NCBI GenBank assembly: GCA_964607825.1 | Contig: CAZSNA010000003.1 | Location: 552 to 64,551, forward strand | Direction: 5' to 3' | DNA from: an uncultured Fibrobacteraceae bacterium | Lineage (GTDB): Bacteria > Krumholzibacteriota > Krumholzibacteriia > LZORAL124-64-63 | DNA: 64,000 bases | In this document: one piece after another, positions 18,895 through 28,793 of the stretch | Layout: the number at the start of each line of letters is the position of its first letter | Numbering within the stretch: the stretch's first letter is position 1 | Position numbers and translations under genes: made by a program | The notes under the pieces: generated by a model | Databases searched by the model: none | Told to the model about the DNA's origin: nothing | Seen by the model: only the letters and a program-made list of their open reading frames with translations

Positions 18895-19958
18895 AGAAGA
18901 TCACGATCGCCGTCCTGGTCCTGGCGCTGGGCGCCGGCCTGGCCGGCTGCGGCAAGAAGGGCGCCGAGGTGCGCCCCGTCGGCGAGGAGATCCGCGGCGT
19001 CACCGCGACCGTGCGCACCGACGCCCTGCCCGTGGCGGTCAGCGCCACCGGCAGCGTGGAGCCCGAGGTGCGCGTGCACGTCAGCACCCGCATGATGGGC
19101 TGGGTGAGCGCCCTGCACGTGGCCGAGGGCGACCGCGTGAGCGAGGGCCAGCGCCTGCTGACCATCGACGACCAGGACATGAAGGCCAAGCGCGCCCAGG
19201 TGGACGCGGGCATCCGCGAGGCGGAGGCCGTGGTGGCCAACGCCGAGACCATGGCCGCGCGCTTCGAGAACCTCTACGCGGCCAAGGCCGTGTCGAAGGC
19301 CCAGTACGACGAGGTCATGACCGGCCTCGAGCGGGCCCGCGCCGGGCTCGCGCAGGCGGAGGCCGCGCGCGCCGAGCTGGACGTGCACCTGGGCTACCTG
19401 GACATCCGCTCCCCCGCCGACGGCGTCGTGACCCGGCGCATGGTCGAGGTGGGCGACATGGCGGCGCCGGGACACCCCCTGCTCTTCGTGGACCGCCTGG
19501 ACCGCATGAAGATCGTCGCCCGTCTGGGCGAGAAGGACGTCAACTCAGTTCGCGCGGGCGATACGGCTCATGTCGACGTGAGCTCTCTCGACCGAGCCAC
19601 CTTCGAGGTCGAGGTCGCCCGCGTGATCCCCTCCGCGAACCCCGGTTCGCGCACCTACGACGTGGAGATGTACGTGGACAACGCCGACGGCCGCCTGCGG
19701 CCGGGCATGTTCGCCCGGGTCGACCTGGCCGTGGGCGAACGGCGCGGCGTGCTGGCGCCCCGCGCGGCCCTGGTCGAGCGCGGATCGTTGACGGGCGTGT
19801 TCACCGTGGACGCCGAGGGCGTCGCCCACCTGCGCTGGGTGCGCGTCGGCGAGAGCTTCGGCGACGAGGTGGAGATCATCTCCGGCCTCGCCGGCGGCGA
19901 GACCGTCGTCGTGTCCAGCGACAAGCCGCTGGCCGAGGGCGACAAGGTGGTGAGCTGA
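18891..19958 (+). CDS. Efflux RND periplasmic adaptor subunit (MFP/HlyD family), lipoprotein
   Basis: Lipobox 'LAGCG', biotinyl/lipoyl-like segments ('RLLTIDDQD...', 'DIRSPADGVV') and a coiled-coil hairpin. Confidence 0.85.
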   Translation: MKKITIAVLVLALGAGLAGCGKKGAEVRPVGEEIRGVTATVRTDALPVAVSATGSVEPEVRVHVSTRMMGWVSALHVAEGDRVSEGQRLLTIDDQDMKAKRAQVDAGIREAEAVVANAETMAARFENLYAAKAVSKAQYDEVMTGLERARAGLAQAEAARAELDVHLGYLDIRSPADGVVTRRMVEVGDMAAPGHPLLFVDRLDRMKIVARLGEKDVNSVRAGDTAHVDVSSLDRATFEVEVARVIPSANPGSRTYDVEMYVDNADGRLRPGMFARVDLAVGERRGVLAPRAALVERGSLTGVFTVDAEGVAHLRWVRVGESFGDEVEIISGLAGGETVVVSSDKPLAEGDKVVS

Positions 19959-19959
19959 C

Positions 19960-22900
19960 ATGGCCGTCGAGGAGACCCGCTACGGCTTCGCGGCCCGGCT
20001 GTCGCAGTCGTTCATCAACTCCAAGCTGACGCCGCTGCTGATCCTGGCCACGATCCTGCTGGGCCTGTTCTCGCTGTCGCTGACGCCGCGCGAGGAGGAG
20101 CCCCAGATCATCGTGCCCATGATCGACATCATGGTCATGTACCCCGGCGCCTCGCCCGAGGAGGTCGAGACGCTGATCACCAAGCCGCTCGAGCAGATCC
20201 TCTGGGAAGTGGAGGACATGGAGTACGTTTACTCCAGCAGCTTCCACAGCTTCGCCCTGGTGACCGCGCGCTACGTCGTGGGCACCGACATGGAGGACGC
20301 CTCGGTCCGGCTGATGAACAAGATCAACACCAACTACGACCGCATGGCGAGCGGCACCCTGCCGCCGCTGGTCAAGGTGCGGTCCATCGACGACGTGCCC
20401 GTGCTGGGCCTGACCCTCTGGAGCGATGACTACGACGGCTTCCAGCTGCGCCAGCTGGCCGGCGAGCTCAAGGAGGAGCTGCAGAGCATCGTCGACGTGT
20501 CGACCATCGAGATCATCGGCGGCCGTCCGCGCACGCTGCGCATCGAGCCCGACCCCCAGCGCATGGCCGCCTTCAACGTCACCACCCTGTCGATCCTGCC
20601 CGCGCTGCAGGCGGCCAACGCCAACCTGCCGGCCGGCATGTTCGCCCAGGGCAACCAGCAGTTCGCCGTGGAGGCGGGCACCTTCCTGCGCGACGCCGAC
20701 GACGTGCGCTCCCTGGTGGTCGGCTCGTTCATGGAACGCCCGGTGTTCCTGGGCGACGTGGCCACGGTGACCGACGGCCCCGCCGAGATCGACACCTACA
20801 CCTTCCTGGGCGTGGGTCCCGCCGGCGAGCGCAACGGGATCGACCTGGACACGCACCCCCGCGGCAGCGAATACCAGGCGGTGACCGTGTCGATCGCCAA
20901 GCGCATCGGCAGCGACGCCACGCGCGTCACCGGCGCCGTCAAGGAGAAGCTCGAGGGCCTGCGCGGCCGGCTGATCCCCGAGGACGTCGAGATCACCGTC
21001 ACCCGCGACTACGGCAAGACCGCCGCCGACAAGGCGTCGGGCCTGATCCAGAACCTGGGCCTGGCGATCTTCCTGGCGGTGGTGGTGATCTTCCTCGCCA
21101 TGGGCTGGCGCGGCGCGCTGATCATCTTCCTGTCCATCCCCACCACCTTCAGCCTGACGCTCTTCGTCTACTACATGAACGGCTACACGCTCAACCGCGT
21201 GACGCTGTTCGCGCTGATCCTGGTGACCGGTATCGTGATCGACGCCACGATCATCGTGGTGGAGAACATGCACCGGCACTTCCGGATGGCCGGCAACACG
21301 AAGCTCGCCACGGCGCTGCGCTCGATCCAGGAGGTGGGCAACCCGACCATCATGGCGACCCTGACGGTGATCGCCTCGATGATGCCCATGGCCTTCGTGC
21401 GCGGCCTGATGGGCCCCTACATGAAGCCCATGCCCATCGGCGCCAGCCTGGCCATGGCCTTCTCGCTGCTGGTGGCGCTGGTGATCACGCCCTGGCTGGC
21501 GATCCGTCTGCTGAAGGCCAAGGGCGACGACGAGGGCGGCTCGAGCTACGACCTGCACGACACGCCGATCTACCGCGTCTACAACAAGCTGATGCGGCCC
21601 CTGGTCGACACCCCCCGCAAGGGCGTGGCGGCGCTGCTGATCGTCTTCCTGCTGACCGTCGCCGTGTGCGGGCTCTTCGTCACGCGCACGGTGCAGGTCA
21701 AGATGCTGCCCTTCGACAACAAGAGCGAGTTCCAGGTGGTCATCGACACCCCCGAGGGCACCACCCTGGAGACCACCACCCAGCTCGCCCGCGAGATCGG
21801 CGACTACCTGAGCACCCAGCCCGAGGTGACCGACTACGAGGTCTATGCGGGCACCGCCTCGCCGGTGAACTTCAACGGCCTGGTCCGCCACTACTTCCTG
21901 CGGCAGGGACCGAACGTGGCCGACCTGCAGGTGAACCTGGTGGACAAGTCGGAGCGGAGCGACCAGAGCCACGCCATCGCCAAGCGCGTGCGCGGGCCCA
22001 TCAAGGAGATCGCCGACCGCTACGGCGCGTCGGTCAAGGTCGCCGAGGTGCCGCCCGGACCGCCGGTGCTCTCGACCCTGGTCTGCGAGATCTACGGTCC
22101 CGACCACGAGGGGCGCCTGGAGATCGCGCGGCAGGTGAAGGAGGTCTTCGAGACCACGCCCGGCGTGGTGGACATCGACTGGTTCGTCGAGGACGACATG
22201 ACCCTGCACAGGTTCCGCGTCGACAAGGAGCGCGCCGCGGTGCGCGGGGTGAGCGTCCAGCAGGCGGCCCAGACCCTGGCCGTCGCCCTGAACGGCTACG
22301 ACGCCGGGCTGCTCCACGAGGACGTGGCCACCGAGCCGGTGCCGGTCAACCTGCGCCTGCCCCTGGCCGACCGTTCGAGCGTGGAGGCCCTGCAGGACGT
22401 GTACGTCTACTCGCAGGCCGGCGCGCTGGTGCCGCTGTCGGACGTGGTGGTCGTCGAGGAGTCGACCATCCCCCACGGACGCCACCGCCGCAACCTGAAG
22501 CCGGTGATCTACGTCACCGCCGACGTGGCCGGCGAGCTGGAGTCCCCCGTCTACGCCATCCTCGACATGCGCGAGCGCATCGCGGAGATCGAGCTGCCCA
22601 GCGGCCTGGAGATCAGCCAGAACTTCCGCGAGCAGCCGGTCTTCGAGGAGGAGTACGCGCTGAAGTGGGACGGCGAGTGGCACATCACCTACGAGGTGTT
22701 CCGCGACCTGGGCGTCGCGTTCGCGGTGGTGCTGGTGCTGATCTACCTGCTGATCGTGGGCATGTTCCAGAACTTCACGGTGCCCCTGCTGATGATGATC
22801 CCCATTCCCCTGACTCTGGTGGGGATCGTGCCGGGGCACCTGATGTTCGGCGCCTTCTTCACTGCGACCTCGATGATCGGCGTGATCGCGCTGGCGGGCA

Positions 22901-23169
22901 TCATGGTCCGCAACAGCGTCCTGCTGATCGACTTCATCGAGGCGCGGCTGGCCGACGGCCTGGAGCTCAAGGACGCCTGCATCGAGGCGGGCGCGGTGCG
23001 CTTCCTGCCCATCGCCCTGACCGCGGGCACCGTGGTGACCGGCTCGCTGGTGATGGTCTTCGACCCGATCTTCCAGGGCATGGCCATCTCGCTGATGATG
23101 GGGACGCTGCTCTCGACCGTGCTGACGGTGGTGGTCATCCCCCTGGCCTACTTCCTGTACAAGCGATGA
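19960..23169 (+). CDS. Efflux RND transporter permease (AcrB/CzcA family)
   Basis: 1069 aa and 12 transmembrane helices, with 'FINSKLTPLLILATILLGL' at the start and a duplicated transmembrane/periplasmic architecture. Confidence 0.9.
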   Translation: MAVEETRYGFAARLSQSFINSKLTPLLILATILLGLFSLSLTPREEEPQIIVPMIDIMVMYPGASPEEVETLITKPLEQILWEVEDMEYVYSSSFHSFALVTARYVVGTDMEDASVRLMNKINTNYDRMASGTLPPLVKVRSIDDVPVLGLTLWSDDYDGFQLRQLAGELKEELQSIVDVSTIEIIGGRPRTLRIEPDPQRMAAFNVTTLSILPALQAANANLPAGMFAQGNQQFAVEAGTFLRDADDVRSLVVGSFMERPVFLGDVATVTDGPAEIDTYTFLGVGPAGERNGIDLDTHPRGSEYQAVTVSIAKRIGSDATRVTGAVKEKLEGLRGRLIPEDVEITVTRDYGKTAADKASGLIQNLGLAIFLAVVVIFLAMGWRGALIIFLSIPTTFSLTLFVYYMNGYTLNRVTLFALILVTGIVIDATIIVVENMHRHFRMAGNTKLATALRSIQEVGNPTIMATLTVIASMMPMAFVRGLMGPYMKPMPIGASLAMAFSLLVALVITPWLAIRLLKAKGDDEGGSSYDLHDTPIYRVYNKLMRPLVDTPRKGVAALLIVFLLTVAVCGLFVTRTVQVKMLPFDNKSEFQVVIDTPEGTTLETTTQLAREIGDYLSTQPEVTDYEVYAGTASPVNFNGLVRHYFLRQGPNVADLQVNLVDKSERSDQSHAIAKRVRGPIKEIADRYGASVKVAEVPPGPPVLSTLVCEIYGPDHEGRLEIARQVKEVFETTPGVVDIDWFVEDDMTLHRFRVDKERAAVRGVSVQQAAQTLAVALNGYDAGLLHEDVATEPVPVNLRLPLADRSSVEALQDVYVYSQAGALVPLSDVVVVEESTIPHGRHRRNLKPVIYVTADVAGELESPVYAILDMRERIAEIELPSGLEISQNFREQPVFEEEYALKWDGEWHITYEVFRDLGVAFAVVLVLIYLLIVGMFQNFTVPLLMMIPIPLTLVGIVPGHLMFGAFFTATSMIGVIALAGIMVRNSVLLIDFIEARLADGLELKDACIEAGAVRFLPIALTAGTVVTGSLVMVFDPIFQGMAISLMMGTLLSTVLTVVVIPLAYFLYKR

Positions 23170-23315
23170 TGTGCGAGCGCCCGAGGAGGGTCGTCGAACA
23201 TGATGTGGACGGACGGGCCAATTGACCGTTGCTTATTCGGGAGGGATTGACTAGACTTCTTTGTCATATGGCAAGTCGGTTTTCTCCCTCCAACCCCCGC
23301 CGACTTGCCGCCCGG

Positions 23316-23349
23316 CCGGTCGAGCTCAATGCTCGACCGGCTTTTTTTT
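23316..23349 (+). terminator. Rho-independent terminator (ccggtcgagc-tcaat-gctcgaccgg followed by T8)
   Basis: A perfect 10-bp stem followed by eight T residues, about 150 nt after the RND stop codon. Confidence 0.7.
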
Positions 23350-23475
23350 CGGGAGCGGCGATTCGAGGACCTCGGATCATCGCTCCGATACCGGACAGGG
23401 CGGGAGATACGGCCTCGATATCGCATACGGGGCCTGATTCCGGGCCCTGACGGCACGGAAGCGATTCCATCATAA

Positions 23476-23513
23476 CTGCCAAAAAGAAAGGGGAATCCCG
23501 TACAGGATTCCCC
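23476..23513 (-). terminator. Hairpin ggggaatcc/ggattcccc followed, on the minus strand, by TTTCTTTTT; oriented as a minus-strand terminator
   Basis: Seen in sequence. There is no minus-strand gene upstream of it (see the findings). Confidence 0.4.
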
Positions 23514-23905
23514 TGAAGCCCTCCTCCCCCACTGCTTCGGTACTGGCCCGGTTGAAAGCCAGCATGTCGCCCTATGAAGCTTGGAGACGGGCTCTGAAAA
23601 CCATCATGAGCTATTTTACTCCCGATTGCAACAGGAATTTTCGCATCAGCTGTCAGGATATTCCTTACAAATTTGACAAGTACATAGACGACACCGAATC
23701 GCCGCCAGGAAAATTGAGAGATAAAAAGTCGAGTTTACATATCTTATATCCCCGGTTCCATCTCCGGGCCCACATGTGGTATACTTGTCTTCCCCGTCAT
23801 GGTCCACAGGTACAGGCACCCGAAGTAACCGCCAACGGGTGGACCGCTCTCGCCATCACTCACACTCACGCCGGCCCGTACGGCCGGAGAGAAGGGGCTT
23901 ACGCA

Positions 23906-26900
23906 ATGAAGAAGGTTCTTGCCGTCGTCCTGGCGCTGCTCATGTGCGCCGGCGCAAGTTTCGCGGGCCAGGTCACGCCCGGCCTCGACGCCTTGATGAA
24001 GACCATGGACGGTCGTGACGAGATCACCGTCCTCGTCGTGATGCGCGACCGCGTCGACATCGAGGCCCTCGACTGGGAGCTGAGGGACGCCAAGGCCTCC
24101 TTCGAGATCCGCCACGAGACCGTGGTCACCAGCCTGCGCGACAAGGCCGCCGCCACACAGGCCGGCCTGCTCGCCGACCTGGAAGCCGACAAGGCCGGCG
24201 GAGTCGTCAAGGGCTACACGCCCCACTGGCTGATCAACGCCGTCGTCGTGCGCACCACCGTGGACGACGTGCCCCGGCTGGCCGCCCGCGACGACGTGGA
24301 CGTGGTCGAGCCCGACCTGAGGGTCGAGCTGATCGAGCCCGTCGGCGAGGGCCGGTCCAAGGGCCGCGCAGCCAAGGGCATCGGCACCGCGCCCGGCGTG
24401 GAGGACGTCGGCGCCCGCCGCGTCTGGGAAGAGCTGGGCATCGACGGCACCGGCGCCGTGGTCGGCGTGCTGGATACGGGTGTCGACGGGGCCCACGCAG
24501 CCCTGAGCGGTTCGTACCGCGGCAACCACGGCGCGCCCGACAGCGAGTGCTGGATCGACGCCGCCGGCCTCGGCGACTCGACCCCCGTGGATCAGCACTA
24601 CCACGGCACCCACGTCATGGGCACCATCTGCGGCCTCGCGGCCGACGACACCATCGGCGTGGCGCCCGGCGCCCACTGGATCGCGTCCAACGTGATCAAC
24701 ATGAGCGCCGGCGAAGCCTTCGACAACGCCGTGATCGCCTCGCTCGAGTTCATGACCGACCCCGACGGCGATCCCGGCACCACCGACGACGTCCCCGACG
24801 TCGTGCAGAACAGCTGGGGCGTCAACGAGGGCTTCACCGGCTACTACGACTGCGACTCGCGCTGGTGGACCGCCATCGACGCCTGCGAGGCGGCGGGCGT
24901 GGTCCTGACCTGGTCGGCGGGCAACGAGGGGTCCTCGAGCGGCACCATGCGCAGCCCGGCCGATCGCGCCGACAGCATCTTCAACACCTTCAGCGTCGGC
25001 TCGACCAACCACACGGCGCCTTACGCGGTGAGCGGCTTCTCCAGCCGCGGGCCCTCCGGCTGCGGCGGCACCTACGACATGAAGCCCGAGATCATGGCCC
25101 CCGGCGACGACATCTACAGCGCCGAGCCCGGCGGTACCTACCAGTACCTCAGCGGTACGTCCATGGCCGGCCCGCACATCGCGGGCGTGGTGGCGCTGAT
25201 GCGCTCCGCCAACCCCGGCCTCGACGTCGAGACCATCAAGCAGATCCTGATGGACACGGCCATCGACATGGGCGTCGCCGGCGAGGACAACGACCACGGC
25301 CACGGCTTCGTGGACGGTTACGCCGCCGTGCTGGCGGTCATGTCCGGCTACGGCACCATCGAGGGCACCGTGACCGACCTGTCCTCCGGCCTGCCCATCG
25401 CCGGCGCGTCGGTCACCCTGAGCATGGTCGGCGAGGCGGACCGCGTCCGCACCACCGATGCGAGCGGCTACTACTCGACCATGCTGCCCCAGGGCGACTG
25501 GGACATCAGCGTGAGCGCCTTCGGCTACATCGACGACTCGGCCACCGCCGTGTCCGTGGTCGAGGATCTCACCACCACCCAGGACTTCGCCCTGACGACC
25601 GCCCCCTCGGCCCTGCTCAGCGGCTACGTCTACGACGACGAGGCCGCCCCGGTCGACGGCGCGGCGATCACGATCCTGAACACCCCGCTGGCTCCGGCCA
25701 CTTCCGGCGTCGACGGGTACTACGAGATCACCATGCCCACCGGCACGACCTACGACGTGCTGGCCTCGGCCTACGGCATGGGCAGCCAGCAGGTGGCCAT
25801 CGACTTCCAGGGCGCCACGACCCAGGACTTCACGCTGCCCCAGCTGGTCTTCGAGAACTTCGAGAGCAACTCCCTGGTGGTCTTCCCGTGGGAGACCAGC
25901 GGCAACGCCGACTGGTTCACCACCTCGGACGCCGCCTACGAGGGCCTGTACAGCGCCAAGTCCGGCAACATCACCCACAACGAGGTCTCGACGCTGTCGA
26001 TCACGATCGACGTGCTGGCGGCCGGCAACCTGGAGTTCTACTACAAGGTCTCGTCAGAGAGCGGCTGGGACTTCCTGCAGTTCTCCATCGACGGCGCCCA
26101 GCAGGACTCGTGGTCCGGCGAGATCGACTGGACCCTGGCCAGCTACCCGGTGACCTCCGGCTCGCACACCTTCGCCTGGACCTATGACAAGGACGGATCG
26201 GTGGACTCGGGCGACGACTGCGCCTGGATCGACTACGTGGTCTTCCCGACCATCGCCGAGCCGACCTACCCCGAGATGACGGTCGCCCCGGCGAGCCTGG
26301 AGGAGTGGCTGCAGCCCGACGAGACGTCGACGCAGTACATCACCCTGGACAACACCGGCGAGGGCGAGCTGATCTACAACGTGAGCGTCGACCTCGACCC
26401 GCTGCCCGCCAAGGCGTCCGCCCCCGCGGAGGACGTGTACGTGGCCAAGGACGAGCCCGACACCCGCGTCGGCCAGTCGCCCCTGCTGGGCTCCGGCGGG
26501 CCCGACGCCGCCGACTACACCTGGATCGACAGCAACGAGTTCGGCGGACCGGTCTTCGACTGGGTGGAGATCAACACCATCGGCACGGCCGTGTCGCTGA
26601 CCGACGACTCCTACTCGGCGGACCTGGCCCTGGGCTTCGACTTCACCTTCTACGGCAACGTGTTCAGCACGGTGAAGATCTGCTCCAACGGTTTCCTGTC
26701 CTTCGACGGCACGGCGACCGACTACTCCAACGACCCGATGCCGAACACGGTCGCGCCCAACAACATGATCGCCCTGTTCTGGGACGACCTGAACCCCAAC
26801 GACGGCGGCAGCATCTACTACTACGCAGACGCGGCCAACTCGCGGTTCATCGTCGAGTACGAGCAGGTTCCGCACTACAGCTACAGCGGGACCGGCACGT

Positions 26901-27580
26901 ACACCATGCAGGCGATCCTGAACGCCGACGGCTCCATCGTGTGCCAGTACCTCGACATGGTGGGCGACATCGACTCGGCGACGCTCGGCATCGAGAACTC
27001 GGGCGGCGACATCGGCCTCCAGGTCGTCTACAACGCGGCCTACATGGAGAACAGTCTCGCCATCCTGTACAGCTTCGTGCCCCCGCCGCCGCCCTGGCTG
27101 GTCGTGACGCCCACCAGCGGCACGATCCCGGGCATGACGAGCGGCACGCAGCTCGAGGTGTTCTTCGACGCCACCGGCCTGGCCGTGGGCGTGTACAACG
27201 GCACCGTGACCATCGGCAGCAACGACCCGGACAACTCCCAGGTCGTGGTGCCGGTCACGCTGAACGTCAGCTCGGGCACCTCCGCCGACCAGCTGCCCAG
27301 CAGCTTCGAGCTCGGCGCGGCCTATCCCAACCCGTTCAACCCCTCGACCAAGATCGCCTACGCGGTCCCGGCCGGCGGCGGACGGGTGGAGCTGAACATC
27401 TACGACCTGTCGGGACGCCTCGTGCGCACCCTCGTCTCGGGCCATCGTCCGGCCGGCGACCACACCGTGGTCTGGACGGGCGACGACGAGCAGGGACGCC
27501 GCATGGCTTCCGGCACGTACTTCTACCGCCTGCAGGCGAACGACGTCGACACCACCCGCAAGATGGTGCTGGTGAAGTAG
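23906..27580 (+). CDS. S8 subtilisin-like serine peptidase with carboxypeptidase-regulatory-like domains and a T9SS type-A C-terminal sorting domain
   Basis: Signal peptide, the S8 triad motifs 'DTGVDGAHAAL', 'HGTHVMGTI' and 'GTSMAGPHIAGV', and a C-terminal 'YPNPFNPSTKIAY...GTYFYRLQANDVDTTRKMVLVK'. Confidence 0.85.
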   Translation: MKKVLAVVLALLMCAGASFAGQVTPGLDALMKTMDGRDEITVLVVMRDRVDIEALDWELRDAKASFEIRHETVVTSLRDKAAATQAGLLADLEADKAGGVVKGYTPHWLINAVVVRTTVDDVPRLAARDDVDVVEPDLRVELIEPVGEGRSKGRAAKGIGTAPGVEDVGARRVWEELGIDGTGAVVGVLDTGVDGAHAALSGSYRGNHGAPDSECWIDAAGLGDSTPVDQHYHGTHVMGTICGLAADDTIGVAPGAHWIASNVINMSAGEAFDNAVIASLEFMTDPDGDPGTTDDVPDVVQNSWGVNEGFTGYYDCDSRWWTAIDACEAAGVVLTWSAGNEGSSSGTMRSPADRADSIFNTFSVGSTNHTAPYAVSGFSSRGPSGCGGTYDMKPEIMAPGDDIYSAEPGGTYQYLSGTSMAGPHIAGVVALMRSANPGLDVETIKQILMDTAIDMGVAGEDNDHGHGFVDGYAAVLAVMSGYGTIEGTVTDLSSGLPIAGASVTLSMVGEADRVRTTDASGYYSTMLPQGDWDISVSAFGYIDDSATAVSVVEDLTTTQDFALTTAPSALLSGYVYDDEAAPVDGAAITILNTPLAPATSGVDGYYEITMPTGTTYDVLASAYGMGSQQVAIDFQGATTQDFTLPQLVFENFESNSLVVFPWETSGNADWFTTSDAAYEGLYSAKSGNITHNEVSTLSITIDVLAAGNLEFYYKVSSESGWDFLQFSIDGAQQDSWSGEIDWTLASYPVTSGSHTFAWTYDKDGSVDSGDDCAWIDYVVFPTIAEPTYPEMTVAPASLEEWLQPDETSTQYITLDNTGEGELIYNVSVDLDPLPAKASAPAEDVYVAKDEPDTRVGQSPLLGSGGPDAADYTWIDSNEFGGPVFDWVEINTIGTAVSLTDDSYSADLALGFDFTFYGNVFSTVKICSNGFLSFDGTATDYSNDPMPNTVAPNNMIALFWDDLNPNDGGSIYYYADAANSRFIVEYEQVPHYSYSGTGTYTMQAILNADGSIVCQYLDMVGDIDSATLGIENSGGDIGLQVVYNAAYMENSLAILYSFVPPPPPWLVVTPTSGTIPGMTSGTQLEVFFDATGLAVGVYNGTVTIGSNDPDNSQVVVPVTLNVSSGTSADQLPSSFELGAAYPNPFNPSTKIAYAVPAGGGRVELNIYDLSGRLVRTLVSGHRPAGDHTVVWTGDDEQGRRMASGTYFYRLQANDVDTTRKMVLVK

Positions 27581-27603
27581 ACGCCGAAGTACGGTTCGAC
27601 GAA

Positions 27604-27638
27604 GGCGGCGGGCTCCGAGGAGCCCGCCGCCTTTTTTT
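27604..27638. terminator. Strong intrinsic terminator (12-bp perfect stem ggcggcgggctc/gagcccgccgcc followed by T7); serves the + strand and possibly both directions
   Basis: Lies between the protease stop (27580) and the convergent gene 27660..28484. Confidence 0.8.
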
Positions 27639-27659
27639 AGTTTCGGTCGGCCTCGGCGG

Positions 27660-28484
27660 TCAGTCGGACGTGATCGACAGCCCCTTGTTCCCCTCGCGGT
27701 GCGTCGACAGGGCGAAGATCGCCGTCTCGGGGCAGAAGGCGGCCTCGAGCCGGCCGCGATAGGGCGCCAGGGCCGCGTCGATGCGGGCGGGCACGGCGCC
27801 CTGCCAGGGATAGAGGGAGCGGTCGTCGCCCAGACGCTCCAGCTCCGTCACCAGTTCCTCGATCAGGACCGGGTCGGAGCCCGCGGCGTCCCGGGCGTCG
27901 TCGAGCTGGTGGCGCAGCATGTCGCGCAGGGCGCGGCGGACGCGGGGGCTGGAGTCCTCGACCTGGACGTTGTCGTCGTCGATGTCCTCCACCTGCACCT
28001 CGAGCCAGGCGTAGTAGGCCAGGGCGTAGATGTAGGTGTACTCGCCGAGACCCATGCCGTGGTCCTGCAGCGCCTCGTTGCGGTGGACGGCCAGACGGCC
28101 CAGCTTGCCGGCCATGCCGAAGCCCTCGCGCACGGTCTTGAAGACCTCCTTGATCTTCTGCCCGCCGGAGAGCTCGTCCTCGTCGAGGGCGTCCATGCGG
28201 CGGAACTGGGCGAAGGCCTCGGCGAACTCGCCGCAATGGGCCATCAGCTCGGTCCGTACGTCCAGGAAGATCTCCATGCGGTCGGGCGCGGGCGCGCCGT
28301 CCGGGGGCGGACGGTAGTCGGCCTGGGTCCCGTAGGTCTCCTCGAGCTTCTCGCGCGCGTCGACGGCGTCCTTGAAGGGCTTCATGAGCATGAATCCTCC
28401 GCCGAACGAACAGGCGATCCCCAGCACGATCATCAGCCCGCAACCGATCGCGCAGCCCTTCAGCCAACCCATGCCCGATGCCAT
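27660..28484 (-). CDS. Hypothetical membrane-anchored protein (N-terminal transmembrane segment plus an acidic soluble domain)
   Basis: Starts 'MASGMGWLKGCAIGCGLMIVLGIACSFGGGF'. The longer in-frame upstream extension is Arg-rich junk. Confidence 0.5.
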   Translation of the reverse strand: MASGMGWLKGCAIGCGLMIVLGIACSFGGGFMLMKPFKDAVDAREKLEETYGTQADYRPPPDGAPAPDRMEIFLDVRTELMAHCGEFAEAFAQFRRMDALDEDELSGGQKIKEVFKTVREGFGMAGKLGRLAVHRNEALQDHGMGLGEYTYIYALAYYAWLEVQVEDIDDDNVQVEDSSPRVRRALRDMLRHQLDDARDAAGSDPVLIEELVTELERLGDDRSLYPWQGAVPARIDAALAPYRGRLEAAFCPETAIFALSTHREGNKGLSITSD

Positions 28485-28793
28485 GCTCTCCGCTCCCGGT
28501 CGAGGTGTGGTTCCATACGCCCCTGTCAGACGCTGAAACCGCCGTGCGTGTTGCACGGCGAGCATGCCCGCGACGGCCCGGCGCCGCAAGGACGTATCCC
28601 GCAGGGCGTTTTGCCGTCCCGGCGCGTCGGATTCTGCACGACCCGCCGTCGCGGCGCTCCCGGCGACGCGGAAGCGGCGCGGCGCCCCGTTCCCCGCCGT
28701 TCCCGGGCGTTCCCTCCGGCTCCGTCGGCACGTCCGGGCGCGCTCCATGCATCCCCGCGGTCACTCCCGGGGATGTGGGAGGAGGAGGGTCGA

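Noticed and set aside
23552-23905. An in-frame N-terminal extension of 118 aa on the protease ORF
   Set aside because: The extension lies in the AT-rich non-coding region and has no protein-like pattern. A GAGAAGGGG RBS and a textbook signal peptide begin at the ATG at 23906.
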